Positions 38,031 to 51,499 of a DNA stretch of 64,000 nucleotides are shown here, piece after piece. The position numbers and the translations under genes are program-made. The notes below the pieces were generated by a model. It worked only from the letters and a program-made list of their open reading frames with translations. It was not told the origin of the DNA and did no database searches. Source of the stretch: Octopus sinensis (lineage: Eukaryota); NCBI RefSeq assembly GCF_006345805.1, contig NC_043002.1:11594001-11658000 (forward strand). Reading direction: 5' to 3'. Positions within the stretch are counted from its first letter, which is position 1; each line of letters opens with the position of its first letter.

Positions 38031-38518
38031 GGTAACTATACCCCTTTTCTTTCCTTTTTCATTTTTTAAAGTTAATTCATGACCGAGTCAGACCCCTTCT
38101 TAAACTCAGTAAGTCTGTGCAAACGTTCCGAGAGTCTCAGAAGATCCTGTGCGATTTTTTAAATATTTGAGTATTACATAGCACTGAACGAACTTTCCAG
38201 CGCAATCAGCCATAAACACCAGTGGCACAAAAGAAGCTGAGACGACAAAAAACCAACTGCACTTCAGGATTTTTCGCACGAGTTTACTTTTTCCTAAAAG
38301 GAAGTTCTAAGAAAGATCATAGGTCCTTCAGCCACTAGTGGTCCACTTGCTATTTAAGCCATAGCTGGGATCATAACATGTGTTACTATACGGGGTGAGG
38401 GTAGATCTGGGAACAGTAGTGGATGAGACATGGTTCAGCGCTTCTCAAAACCCTGGAACTTCCGAATCATGGCCCCCACTACAGGAGAAAGTTCAAAGTC
38501 ATACCCACACATACGTGC

Positions 38519-38596
<78 letters not shown>

Positions 38597-38644
38597 TTCG
38601 TCCGGCGTGCTAACATTTCTGCCAGCTCGCCGCCTTAATAATCT

Positions 38645-39400
38645 TTTCTACTCAAGGCACAAAACCCGAAATTTTGAGGGAGATGGCCAGTCGATTAGAT
38701 TGTCTCCAGTACGCAACCGGTACTTAATGTATCAAACCCGAAAGGATGAAGGACAAAGTTGACCTCGGTGGAATTTGAACTCAGAACGTAAAGGCAGACA
38801 AAATACATATTTCTTTACTACCCACAAGGGGCTAAACACATAGGGGACAAACAAGGACAGACAAACGGATTAAGTCGATTACATCGATCCAGTGCGCAAC
38901 TGGTACTTAATTTATTGACCCCGAAATGATGAAAGGCAAAATCGACCTCGGCGGAATTTTGAACTCAGAACGTAACGGCAGACAAAATACCTATTTCTTA
39001 CTACCCACAATGGGCTAAACATAGAGGGGACAACAAGGACAGACAAACGGATTAAATCGATTACATCGATCCAGTGCGCATCTGTACTTAATTTATCGAC
39101 CCCGAAAGGATGAAAGGCAAAATCGACCTCGGCGGAATTTGAACTCAAACGTAACGCAGCAAATATATTTCTATTTCTTTACTACCCACAAGGGGCTAAA
39201 CATAGAGGGGACAACAAGGACAGACAAAGGGATTAGTCGATTATATCGACCCCGTGCACAACTGGTACTTATTTAATCGACCCCGAAAGGATGAAAGGCA
39301 AAGTCGACCTCGGCGGAATTTGAACTCAGAACGTAGCGGCAGATGAAATACCTCTAAGCATTTCGCCCGGCGTGCTAACGTTTCTGCCAGCTCGCCGCCT
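38645..39400 (-). mobile_element. SINE-A multimer (one head, three full units and a partial unit)
   Basis: CCCACAA anchor at 38821, 39004 and 39185; head ending GCTCGCCGCCTT at ~39400. Confidence 0.9.
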
Positions 39401-39492
39401 TACAACAAGAAAAATAATGACCTAATAGAGCAACATACCACAGCAATTTTTACAATTAGTTTCTTAATGAATTCGTTGGAATTTTCTCCGAA

Positions 39493-39803
39493 GGCGCGTG
39501 GCTTAGTGTTTAGGGTATTCGACTGACGATTGTGAGTTCGATTCGCAACGGTACGTTGTATCCTTGAGCAAGCCACTTTATTTCACGTTGACCCAGTCCA
39601 TTCATCTGGCAAAAATGAGTTATACTTGTAATTCAAAGGACCACCCTCATCACTGAGTGCGTCACCCTGAATCTCCCTAAGAACGACGATAGGGGTACGT
39701 GTGTCTATAATGTGCTCAGCCACTAGCACGTCAATTTCATGAGCTGGCTGTTCCATTGATCGGCTCAGTTTTAACACTCTTCGTCGCAACCGACGGAGTG
39801 CCA
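39493..39803 (+). mobile_element. SINE-C
   Basis: GGCGCGTGGCTTAGTG head, GAGTTCGATTC B-box and tail CGTCGCAACCGACGGAGTGCC. Confidence 0.85.
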
Positions 39804-40094
39804 TGTTTTTTCTTTTCTGTTACAGTTTAGGACAACGACCACCCTTTAGACAAACCATCTCCCACGCTCTCTCCACCTCCCTCACAACCTTCTCTTTCTC
39901 TCATTATCTCAATCTTGCCCTATCTTACAATTTCAGCTTTGAACAAAGCCTTACCATTCTCCAAGACTTTCTTACTCTTCGTTCTTCCTATTTTCCTTCA
40001 TCTCTTTCTCACTTCCTCATTTCCTGTATATCTTTTTGTTTCCATCTTGTTATCTCATTCCCGCCAACTCTCTATCATTCTATATCATCACTTA

Positions 40095-40660
40095 TATACA
40101 TACATACATACGCACATACATACTACATACTTATATACTTACATACAAACATACATACAAGCATACATACATACATACATAAATACATACATACATACGG
40201 ACATACATACATACAAGCATACATACATACATACAAGCATACATACATACATACATACAAGCATACATACATACATACATACATACATACATACATACAT
40301 ACATACAAGCATACATGCGTACACACATGCATGCACATACATATATACATATCTACATATATAGTATATATGCATATGTGTTTATATATATCCATTCATG
40401 AATACATACGCATGTATACATGCAAGAACATATGTGCATTTCGTATTTACATAGATACATACATACATACACACATGTATGCAGACATAAATGGATACAA
40501 GCATGTATAAACACACATACACACACGTAAACATATAATACATGCATAACTACCTATATACACACATACATACATATATACGTACACACACACATATATA
40601 CATACATGCATACAATATATATATATATATATATATATTATAAATGTATATATATTACAT
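40095..40660. repeat. (CATA)n-rich compound microsatellite
   Basis: Directly visible. Confidence 0.9.
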
Positions 40661-40677
40661 TTATATATATATATACT

Positions 40678-41020
40678 CTTTAACTCTTTAACTTGTTCAG
40701 TCATTTGACTGCGGCCATGCGGAGCACCGCCTTTAGTCGAGCAAATCGACCCCGGACTTATCTTGTAAGCCCAGTACTTATTCTATCGGTCTCTTTTGCC
40801 GAACCGCTAAGTGACGGGGACGTAAACACACCAGCATCGGTTGTCAAGCAATGTTAGGGGGGACACCAACAAAACACACACACAACATATATATATATAC
40901 ATATATACGACAGGCTTCTTTCAGTTTCCGTCTACCAAATCCACTCACAAGGTATTGGTCGGCCCGGGGCTATAGCAGAAGACACTTGCCCAAGGTGCCA
41001 CGCAGTGGGACTGAACCCGG
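40678..41020 (-). mobile_element. SINE-B lacking the 5'-most head
   Basis: Family tail and body; ends at GGGACTGAACCCGG. Confidence 0.85.
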
Positions 41021-41366
41021 AATATATATATATATACAAACATGCATACATGCTTACATACATGCATGCATACATGCGTACATCTATAAATACATTCCTA
41101 CATGCATAAATGCATTCATACATACACACAAACGCACACGCATGCAAACACAACACTGAGACAAGCACAAACTTACACAAACGCATTCATTCAACAAACA
41201 CAAACATCGACACACAAACACACACGCAGATTATATAATCATATTTGCTATGCAAAGTTAGAAAATGTGCTGGTTGTTATTAAAAAGAGCTTTTATCTGA
41301 GTGAATACTTGTATATACTGCATGCATGAATGTACATACATATACGTATGTGTTTATATATGTATA

Positions 41367-41876
41367 TAGGCGCAGGAGTGGCTGTGTGGTAAGTTGCTTT
41401 CTTACCAACCACATGGTTCTTGGCTCAGTCCCACTGCGTGGCATCTTGGGCAAGTGTCTTCTACTATAAACCTCGGGCCGACCAAAGCCTTGTGAGTGGA
41501 TTTGGTAGACGGAAACTGAAAGAAGCCCGTCGCATATATGTATATATAGTGAAGGCACGTGTCTTAGTGGTTAGGGGGCATTCGGCTCATGATCGTAAGG
41601 TCGTGAGTTCAATTCCCGGTGGCGCGTTGTGTCCTTGAGCAAGACACTTTATTTCACGTTGCTCTAGTCCACTCAGCTGGCAAAAATGAGTAGTAACTGT
41701 ATTTCAAAGGGCCAGCCTTGTCACACTATGTCACGCTGAATCTCTCCGAGAACTACATTTAGCCAATATACGTGTCTGCGGAGTGCTCAGCCACTTGCAC
41801 GTTAATTTTACGAGCAAGATTTTCCGTTGATCGTTTCAGCTGGGACGCTCGTCGCCGCAACCGACGGAGTGCATCT

Positions 41877-41914
<38 letters not shown>

Positions 41915-42084
41915 TCACATATAACCGAAGAGATGGTGTTGTGGATTTCCACCTCGGCATCCGAAACTCAGAGTTTTTTCTTGGCTATCGAATAATTGTC
42001 ACATATTATTCTACAGATAAATTTCCTCTATTTGCATAATATTGAGGTCTTTTTCTTTCTTTTGTTATCTTACCGTTTTTACCA

Positions 42085-42124
<40 letters not shown>

Positions 42125-42325
42125 ATGTTTGTATGTCTGTGTTTGTCCCCACCAACATCACTTGACAACCAATGCTGTTGCGTTTACGTCCCCATAACTT
42201 AGCGCTTCTGTAAAAGGGACCGATGGAATAAGTGCTAGGCTTACAAAAGAATAAGTCCTGGGGTCGATCTGCTCCAGCATGGCCGCAGTCAAATTTATTA
42301 AACAAGTAAAAGAATAAAAGAATAT
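41367..42325 (+). mobile_element. SINE-B with SINE-C (41553-41875) nested in its central microsatellite
   Basis: B head 41367-41535, C element 41553-41875, B tail ~42120-42325. Confidence 0.75.
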
Positions 42326-42719
42326 GTTTATGTGTGTATATATTGTTGAGCCTGCATATATACTTCTCTCTCTGTTTCTTTTTCTCTATATATATGTGTG
42401 TGTGTGTGTGTGAGAATGAGAGAGTGTGTGTGTGTGTGTGTGTATCTGTAGAGAGGTGTAAGTACATGCGTATGTGTCTTATGTTTGTAATGATTACTAA
42501 ATATATAATTTAATTTAGACAGTTGAATGTTTGTTTTCTGTTTAATCTATCTCACTCCAACCAACCGCATATCAGAAGTAGATAATAAGTAAACAGTGAA
42601 AACAAACAAACAAACAAACAAGCGAAATAAAACATAACAAAACAAGAAAGAAAAAATCGAAATAAAATATGGCCACCCGAATGACACAGACATACACGCA
42701 TACATACACGTAATCAGAA

Positions 42720-42832
42720 TCATCGACGTTGTTAGCAGTATCATCATCACAACCATCAGGAATACGACGACGACCACCACCACCACCGCCACCGCCGCCG
42801 CCGAAGCCGCCGCCGCCACCACCACCACCACC

Positions 42833-42863
<31 letters not shown>

Positions 42864-42864
42864 A

Positions 42865-42902
<38 letters not shown>

Positions 42903-42985
42903 CCACCACCACCACCACCACCACCAACAACAACTACACCACCACCACCAAAACCACCACCACCACCACTGCCATCGCCTCCTCC
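42720..42985. repeat. (CAC/GCC/CAT)n trinucleotide array
   Basis: Directly visible. Confidence 0.95.
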
Positions 42986-43817
42986 AGAACTACTTGTTAA
43001 CTATATTGTCAGTTTTGTTTTTGCTCTATACACACACACATATACAGACTCGTATTGAACACACACACACACACGAACACACACAGATGCATACGCGCAC
43101 ACACACAGAGGCATACACGCACACACACACAGAGGCGTACAGTCACACGCATGCACACACACAGACACGGAGGCATACACACACACACACACGGAGGCAT
43201 ACACGCACTGACACACACACACACACATAGAAGAAACACACACAACAAAGAGATCTGACACAAAAATACTCGCTGTGTATGCTAAAAACTGAAAAACTGA
43301 AAAAAAACCCTGTATACATACATATATACAACACAAAAAAAATGACTTAACGAAAGTAGCATTAATTTTCTAGGTCATCCATTTTTTCTTAACCAATCAA
43401 TGGGTCGATTAGATTGACCCCAGTATGCAACTGGTACTTAATGTATCAAACCCGAACTAATAATAACAATTGGAAACAACTGGAAACCAAATTTGCTACA
43501 ATAAAGAAAAAATATGTAATGACTGTTATTGATACCTTGTCTTAAATATGTATTTATGTCTATGTATGTGTACATACATACATATAAACACGCTTGCAAG
43601 CACAGTCATGTGTATGTATGAGGGTTCAGCGAAGTTGAATATGTCAAAGTACCAAGGACTCAATATCATAAATACGGAGTTTAATTTACATATTCTTGTT
43701 AGATTTATAGAACTAGTGTAATTCCCACTTACGGGATCAAAATATCGATGACAGTAAGTTGCCCTTGAAGTGTTTTGTGTCACTGGTATCAAATTAACAG
43801 TACAGATAGCATTGATA

Positions 43818-43855
<38 letters not shown>

Positions 43856-44334
43856 TTAGAATGTCTTTAGCTGTTCTAGTTAATCAATCAGTCATGTTTA
43901 TCAAAGTTCTTTCGTTGACATTCGTGATCTTATCAATGACTTGCCCTCTTTACTCTGGGTCAGCATCAGGTCTACAAAATAATTTTTAGAAAAAGCAGTT
44001 ATCATTGTTATTTTATTAAAAACAAAACTCGATATGAAATCTTTTTTTGTATTTTCTTTGATATTTTTGAGTTGACTAAAAACTTCCGAATTAATTTAGA
44101 GTGATAAAAAAGCTATATGGGGTTATATATATTAAGAACGTTCCCGGTATTGGATTGTAGGCTTAATCCGTTGCCCGATTTACCGTCACCATATGACTCG
44201 TTGGTGACTTTGAGCGAGGACCCAAATTTAAGAATGACTTACTCTTTTCACCCCTCAAGTAAAAGTGGCCCTTACCTCCCAAATATTCCTGGTTCTTGCT
44301 ATTCCTTCTTTGGTTAAACCAACAACATATCCCC

Positions 44335-44732
44335 AAGTCTATTCCCTCCTCACCGTGGTGGGGACGCTGGCAACGGGTAGTGTCAGAGCTATGCCGTCGG
44401 GAGCTTCGGTTCCTGGTAGGGCCACCCAAGGCGGATTGGTCTGACACCGAGTGGTATTAGGGCCACAACCCGGCAGAAGGGGCTCTGGTGAAAATCCTCG
44501 GAGTGTCTGTTTCGGCAACCGGCGGCTCCTCGGTCGTTCTGTCCCTGCGTCTGCGGACAATCTGCGGCAAACAGGATGTCTCTACATGCGGGATTGTTGG
44601 GGACCGCTTGCGAAATTCCTATTCCCACGAAACTTCTTCCACTGCCATGGTTCGAGATGCCTCGAGGCAGGTAGAAGAAGCCGACTCAACCCGCCCGGGG
44701 TGAATGTCGTCACAAGTACAAATAAGTACAAG
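44335..44732 (+). mobile_element. Non-autonomous bipartite RTE derivative (5' UTR fused to 3' end)
   Basis: 5' part GAGCTATGCCGTCGG...GTAGGGCCACCCAAGGCGGA resembles RTE/BovB 5' UTRs. 3' part GCCATGGTTCGAGATGCC...AGAAGAAGCCGACTCAACCCGCCCGGGGTGA...ACAAGTACAA matches 58135-58221. TSD AACATATC(C/A)CC at 44324-44334 and 44733-44743. Confidence 0.75.
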
Positions 44733-45426
44733 AACATATCACCTCTATGATTAATGTGCAAAGTAAATGAAAAGACTATAAATTGTCATTTCTACATGTT
44801 TCCGAAAAGAATTCCTTCCCTTCTCCGCTGCCAGGTCGACGAGATTCATTTATAAAGAATTTTTTTCTTGGGAGAGTCCAACGGTGCTTCCCGGTTGCAT
44901 TATTTCATGTATTCTTTTTGTGCAAGACACCATTTTCTGGACAAGAAGTTCGTCACGTCTACCTGGGAAACGAGAAGGTAAAGAGCCGGGAGAAATAAAT
45001 ACCAGAAGGTATTTTATTTATAACCCAACAATTCAGTGAATACACCGTCCTGATCAGCTGCTTATTGTATCGACCCTTAAAGACGAAATGTGATGTGTAT
45101 CTTGCTCGGCTTTGAACTCTGAAAATCAAGAAGGAAAAAAATTATAGAAAGGCATTTTCCCCGATGCAATAACAATTTTGCTAAGTCACTGTCCAAATAA
45201 CAACACTAGGAATAATTTGATTAAAAAGTGAATATGTGTGTAACTTAATATAGTTCAACTGTGCATAAACTGTAAACAGTATGTCGGTTGTGCATCCATT
45301 TTTGTGTCAAATCTCGTGTAGTTACCATAAGACTGATATTACCTCTGCTATGGACTAAAACAGCAATAAGACCAAGAACTCTACAGAATCATCGACGAAA
45401 GCATTCATAACAGTACAGTGCCTCGA

Positions 45427-45640
45427 AGGGCAGCGAGCTGGCAGAATGGTTAGCACGTCGGGCAAAATACTTATCCGCATTTCGTCTGTCTTCTCGCTCT
45501 GAGTTCAAATTCCACCGAGGTCGACTTTACGTTTTATCGTTTCAGGCTCGATAAAATAAATACCAATTGATTACTGGGATCAATTTAATCGACTTACTCT
45601 CTCTTCCGAAATTGCTGGCCTAGTGCCAAAATTTGAAACC
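45427..45640 (+). mobile_element. SINE-A, short variant
   Basis: GGGCAGCGAGCTGGCAGAATG head; GAGTTCAAATTCCACCGAGGTCGAC. Confidence 0.8.
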
Positions 45641-46562
45641 TCACTTTCAAGCAGCAAGTCATTGTACTTAGTTATCATTATCTACAATCAGTCTAGTTTC
45701 AGAGTTAAGATGCTTGCTCAGACATAGTGCGCCAGCAACGGAATGCGAACTTACAATCTCAATGACTACAGCAAGCCAGATCTTCACAATGTCATAATCT
45801 GTAGACAATACGCCATTTATTAAGAGATGAAAATAAAGAATACAAGACTTCAGCCGTTAATATCTGCGCACAAATGATTCTGATATTGACCATAGCTTTT
45901 GATGAAAAATTTCCTTGTCACTTTTATCAAAGGATGATACACATCTTGATAGTGAATCGTGTGTGTGTATGTGTGTGTTGTGTGTGTGTGTGTGTGGAGG
46001 GATGTGGTGGAAAGGGTTAACAAACATTACCGTTATCATTCTTCAAATCAGTTGGATATTTGAAGAGATATTGGTGAAAATCAAGCAACAATAATTTATT
46101 CTGGTAATGATCGAAATTTTCTTTAGCTAAAATTTCATAATATTGATATTTGTTCGTCACTCTTTTTTTTTAATGAATTTGACTGGCTTAAAACAACAAC
46201 AACAAAAACAACAACAACAACGACGACGACGACGACGACAACAACAACAACAACAACAGCGCCATTCCGATCGATTTAAGCACAAACATGTTTTTCCTTC
46301 GTTCTCTCAATAAAGAATTTCCACTCACATGGTAGTGTTCCTGGAACTATATTCTGTGCATTCTTCATTTACAGATTTCTGCGTCCAACCACATTTCTAT
46401 TATCAACAAGGGTAAAACAGCAGAATCGGTAGAGCTACGTAACCATACTGAATAGCATTTCGCGGTTCTACGTTCCTGTTTTCGAAACTTCGCTTTTGCC
46501 ATCCTAGGTTCTATAAAATAAGTACCAGTTATGTAATGGGGCATGCTATATAATCAACAATA

Positions 46563-46795
46563 AAGCGGCGAGCTGGCAGAAACGATAGCACGCCGGGCGA
46601 AATGCGTAGCCGTATTTCGTCTGCCGTTACGTTCCGAGTTCAAATTCCACCGAGGTCGACTTTGCATTTTATCCTTTAGGGGGTCGATAAATTAAGTACC
46701 AGTTTCGGACTGGGGTCGATGTAATCGACTTAATCCGCTTGTCTGTCCTTGTTTGTCCCCTCTGTGTGTAGCCCCTTGTAGGTAGTAAAGAAATA
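46563..46795 (+). mobile_element. SINE-A monomer with 16-bp TSD
   Basis: TSD TATATAATCAACAATA at 46547-46562 and 46796-46811. Confidence 0.9.
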
Positions 46796-47561
46796 TATAT
46801 AATCAACAATACACTTTGGCGATGTTTTTGGATTCTTCATTTAGTCTGCTACTTGGTTCAAACATTTGACTGCGGCCAAGATGGAGCATTTCCTTGTAGG
46901 GTTAGTCGATCAGATTTTCCTAAGTCCTTATCGTATCTGCCACTTTTGCAGAACCGACATGTGATGAGGACGTAAATAAACCGACATTGGTTATTAGACG
47001 GTGGATAGACAGCACGAGCACAAAGACGCACACACAAATACTTACACACACACACACACACACACACGCGCACACACATGCCCACACACATGCTCGCATA
47101 CGTGCACACACAAATATATCTATTTTTGCACATTCGTATATATGTGTTTGTGTGTGTATGTGTATATGTTTATACGCGTGTGTGCGTGCGTGCGTGCATG
47201 TGTGTGTGTGTGCGTATGTGTGTATACGTATGCATGTGTGTGTGTGTGTGTACGTGTGCGTGTGTGTGTGTAAGCGTGTGTGTGTGTAAGCGTGTGTGTG
47301 TGTGTGTACCACAGACCTTTTCACAGTTTTAGTCTATTTACTAGAAATCCGTTTGGTGCTTTTAGTGATGACCGAAAGAATAAATAGAATATGGAATAAG
47401 ATACAATCCCTGACATCGTAAGTTCAACTCTCATCGAGGTCAACTTTGCTCTTTATTTCTCCGAGTTCAGTGTACATAAAGTACCACTAAACAGAATGCA
47501 GAAAATATGTAGACCTATACCGAAAATATTATTAGTTTCATAATTACAATATAATACATAA

Positions 47562-47563
47562 TC

Positions 47564-47645
<82 letters not shown>

Positions 47646-48639
47646 TTCTTTCTGTTTGACTATCTCTCTGTCTGTCTGTCTATCTGAATTTGTCTGTGTG
47701 TGTGTGTGTATGTGTGTGTGTGTGTGGCAGGTTTGGTAGCCTTCAACTAATACTATCTCCTCCGAGACCCTGCGGCGCAAGTTTACCAAAATTGAGAGTA
47801 TGATAGAAGAAAGCTTGCTCTTCATTCCTTAGAAGAAAACATTCAAATCAGACCATGTTAAGACCAAAAATTATTTACATCAAAAAGGTGCTTTTTTTCT
47901 ATGAAAATCCCTATTTTTTACGATTTTTTGACTGCTGTGTCGCCATTTTTCGGTGTATTTCAACCAGAAAAATGTTAACTTAAAGAGAATAACAAGCTAT
48001 ATAATGCAAAATTTTTACTTTTCAAAAATTCAAATTCTAAAGGGTCGAAAAGAATTTTTTTGTGATGTCATTGGTTTTGAGCGAGCGTGTGATCTGCATG
48101 CTATTACTATCTACGATGTTCAAGTCAAACCTTCAATGGATATGTTTTGATTTTGCAGATTTTTTTAGTTATACGTGATGTAAAATAGTCGATTTTATTC
48201 ATTTTACAGGTACAACCACGATTCATGTTGTCCACCCGTTTGGCTTCAAACTAACATTTTTTGGCTTTTTTTTGTAACCACAAACTGTTCTAACTAACGT
48301 TTTGGATTTTCCTGTACCTTTTCTTAATGAAGACTGTTGCAGTCTTAACTTCTTAATAGATTTTCAGTGCAGTTCGAAACTTGAGCTTCATTTTGCTTGA
48401 AATCTACGGGTAATTATTTTCTCCACAATGTTAACAGAACGAATATTAACCAACAATACCAACAACTGAAGTCGGCATTACACATTTGCAGCACATTCAA
48501 AGCAAACTAGAGCATCGCCACTCTATACTTTTATTCCTAGATTGAAACTATGTCAAAATTTTGTTAATGCGACATCAAAGTCTGCCGTTTTAAGCGCAAC
48601 TAAAAAACAAACCCGAGTAACGCCGAGCTATACAGCTAG
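47562..48639 (+). mobile_element. Non-autonomous Helitron-like element
   Basis: Probable 5' end A|TC followed by (TATC)(TGTC)n at 47562; 3' end CCCGAGTAACGCCGAG hairpin remnant then CTAG|T at 48636-48640. Confidence 0.65.
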
Positions 48640-48978
48640 TAAAGGATAACGAAATAAATAAGGTTCCAGGCGCACATCACATACTGATCTATATTTATGA
48701 TACAAAGACTGTAAACACTGGTTGCAGACGACTGTATCCTTTATCTTTTACTTGCTTCACTCATTAGACTGCGGCCATGATGGTGCACCGCCTTGAAAAA
48801 TTTTCAGTCGATCAAATTCACCTTAGTACTTATTTTTAAATTTGGTATCTATCTATCGCTCTCTCACTCTCTCTTTCTCTCTCCCCGTCTCTCTCTTTCG
48901 TTCTCTCCTCTCTCTCTTCTCTCTCTCTCTCTCTCTCTCTCACTCTCTCTCTACACACACACACATATATATATATAT

Positions 48979-49144
48979 AGGCGCAGGAGTGGCTGTGTGG
49001 TAAGTAGCTTGCTTACCAACCACATGGTTACAGGTTCAGTCCCACTGCGTGGCACCTTGGGCAAGTGTCTTCTACTATAGCCTCGGGCCGACCAAAGCCT
49101 TGTGAGTGGATTTGGTAGACGGAAACTGAAAGAAGTCCGTCGTA

Positions 49145-49197
<53 letters not shown>

Positions 49198-49420
49198 TGT
49201 GTGTGTGTGTGTGTGTAGTGTGTGTGTTTGTGTGTCTGTGTTTGTCTCCCCAGCATCGCTTGACAACCGATGATGGTGTGTTTACGTCCCTGTAACTTAG
49301 TGGTTTGGCAAAAGAGACCGATAGAATAAGTACTAGGCTTACAAAGAATAAGTCCTAGGGTCGATTTGCTCGACTAAAGGCGGTGCTCCAGCATGGCCAC
49401 AGTCAGATGACTGAAACAAG
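48979..49420 (+). mobile_element. SINE-B, full length
   Basis: Complete head, internal (TA)(TG) tract and tail. Confidence 0.9.
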
Positions 49421-49840
49421 TAAAAGAGTAAAGAGTATATATATCGTTGCTATTGTGCAAACATGTCGTAAGTCCAAAACGTTGCTTTTTCAGAAAACGA
49501 AAAAAAATAGTTTCACCATTTCATTTCTTTTTACATTAGCAACAGTTTCAGCTTAACAATAATACTTTGTTGGGCGCATAAAATCGTAACTCCATACATG
49601 TATGATATTTTCAGTGAGAAATATTTTTGCAAAACTGTCGTATGTGGGACTTACTACGCTTTTGGAAAATGCTAGACTGTTGTATTACACTTTGACAATT
49701 TTCATCTGAAGCCGCTGGAGATACGATAGTTTAACTAAAAGAAACGGCTATGACAAGCAAAACTAAATATTGAAAAAAAAAAGAAAAGCGTTTGGCCAAA
49801 TTTGGACATATGATAGCTTAGCATAACAGCAACGATCTGT

Positions 49841-49898
<58 letters not shown>

Positions 49899-50289
49899 CC
49901 CTCTCTCTCTCTCTATATTATATATGTGAATATATGACCGGCTTCTTTCAGTTTCCGTCTCCTAAAGCTTTGGTCATAGAGCTTTGGTCGACCTGCATTA
50001 TAAAATGTGCCATTTAGTGAGGCTGAACCTAGAACCATATGGTTGGAAAGCAAACTTCATACCCAACAGACATGCCTATACATATATATTCGCATGTATG
50101 TCTATGTATTATGTATGCATAGATGCATTTATGAGGAATACTGTATTTCAGTTGTCAGCTAACATGGACATCTATGAAGAATTTCTCTATGTCGCTCTGT
50201 ATTCGCTCTTCGAATCTCTCCGTCTTCGCCTCTGCCTCGTCCTTCTTTCTTTATGTCTTTTCTTCTGCATAAACACATGTTCAGCCATA

Positions 50290-50680
50290 CTGAGGATACA
50301 AATGTAATCCCCGGCAGCCAAGGACCCTGATCGTACCTCAAAACTAAACAGAAGTCTGAACGCAGTATTCGAGTGGGCAAAAAGAAAACAATAGACAGTT
50401 CAATGCGGACAAATTTCAAGCCCTCCGTAATCGATCCACCACAAACGGAAAGCAATCCGAATACTGAAAGTGAAGGGTTATTGCAATTGCGGAGTCAGAC
50501 GCGGTACGTGGTTTAGGAATCCTCTAGAACAATGATTCTTCACTCCGCATGCACATTACTAAGATGGCAGCACAGTGAAGGCGAGTGGCTGGCTGGATCT
50601 TGTGATTCTTCAGAATTAAGAGAAAAGATGCCAAGCTACTCTGGAGACATTTGTTCTTAGTTGTTACGATTTACTTCCAT
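50290..50680 (+). mobile_element. Decayed fragment of the CR1/L2-group LINE family
   Basis: GAGTGGGCAAAAAGAAAACAATAGACAGTTCAATGCGGACAAATTTCAAGC aligns with the post-YADD region of 9725-11617 (AAGTGGGCTGAAAAGAATAGCATGCAGTTCAATGCTGAAAAGTTTCAAGC). Confidence 0.65.
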
Positions 50681-50689
50681 CACAGGTTG

Positions 50690-51176
50690 TCACAAAGCGT
50701 CAAACTGACAGCAGACTTCCTCGTCTTCTCCTTTGTCCACCTCCACCTCCTGTTTGTTGTTGCTGTTGTTGTTCTTCATCTTGCTCTTGTTCTTGTTCTT
50801 GTTCTTCCTCGTCTTCTTCTTGTTCTTCTTCTTTCTTGTTGTTGTTGTTTGTTCTTCTTCTTGTTCTTCTTCTTCTTTTTCTTCTTCTTTTTCTTCTTCT
50901 TCTTCTTCTTCTTCTACCTTCTTACCTTCCTCCTTCCACCTCTGCTCACCACCTTCTATCTTCTATCTTTTATCTATCTTCTTCAGATACAATTCCTCGG
51001 CCTTATCTCTCGCTCACACCCACGACAATAGCCACCACCACCACCACTCCCCTATAAACCAATGTCATCACTATCTCTATTAACATCTCCACCACCACCT
51101 CCACCATCATCCCCAACGCTGCTATAACAACCATTACCAAATCCTCTAAAATCATCATCATCATCATATCATCATC

Positions 51177-51207
<31 letters not shown>

Positions 51208-51468
51208 ACAACAACGCCACCAGAATTGCTTCACCGCCATCACTGTCACCATTATTACGACTACTCCCCCTCCACCGCTGCCGATATAAATATCCTTCAT
51301 CACCACGACGATCGGTTCACCACCACCACCACCATCACCACTTCCACACCGCTGCTGTCGCCACCACTACAAACAACGACATGACCTCTTCTACCGCATC
51401 ACTACGACAACGGCTATCATTAAATCTATCTCTACCACCACCAGCACCATCACCACGACCACCAGCAT

Positions 51469-51499
<31 letters not shown>

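Noticed and set aside
44328-44410. HDV-like ribozyme fold at the 5' end of the bipartite RTE element
   Set aside because: The apparent P1 5' strand lies in the TSD outside the element, and I could not find a P2 pairing.
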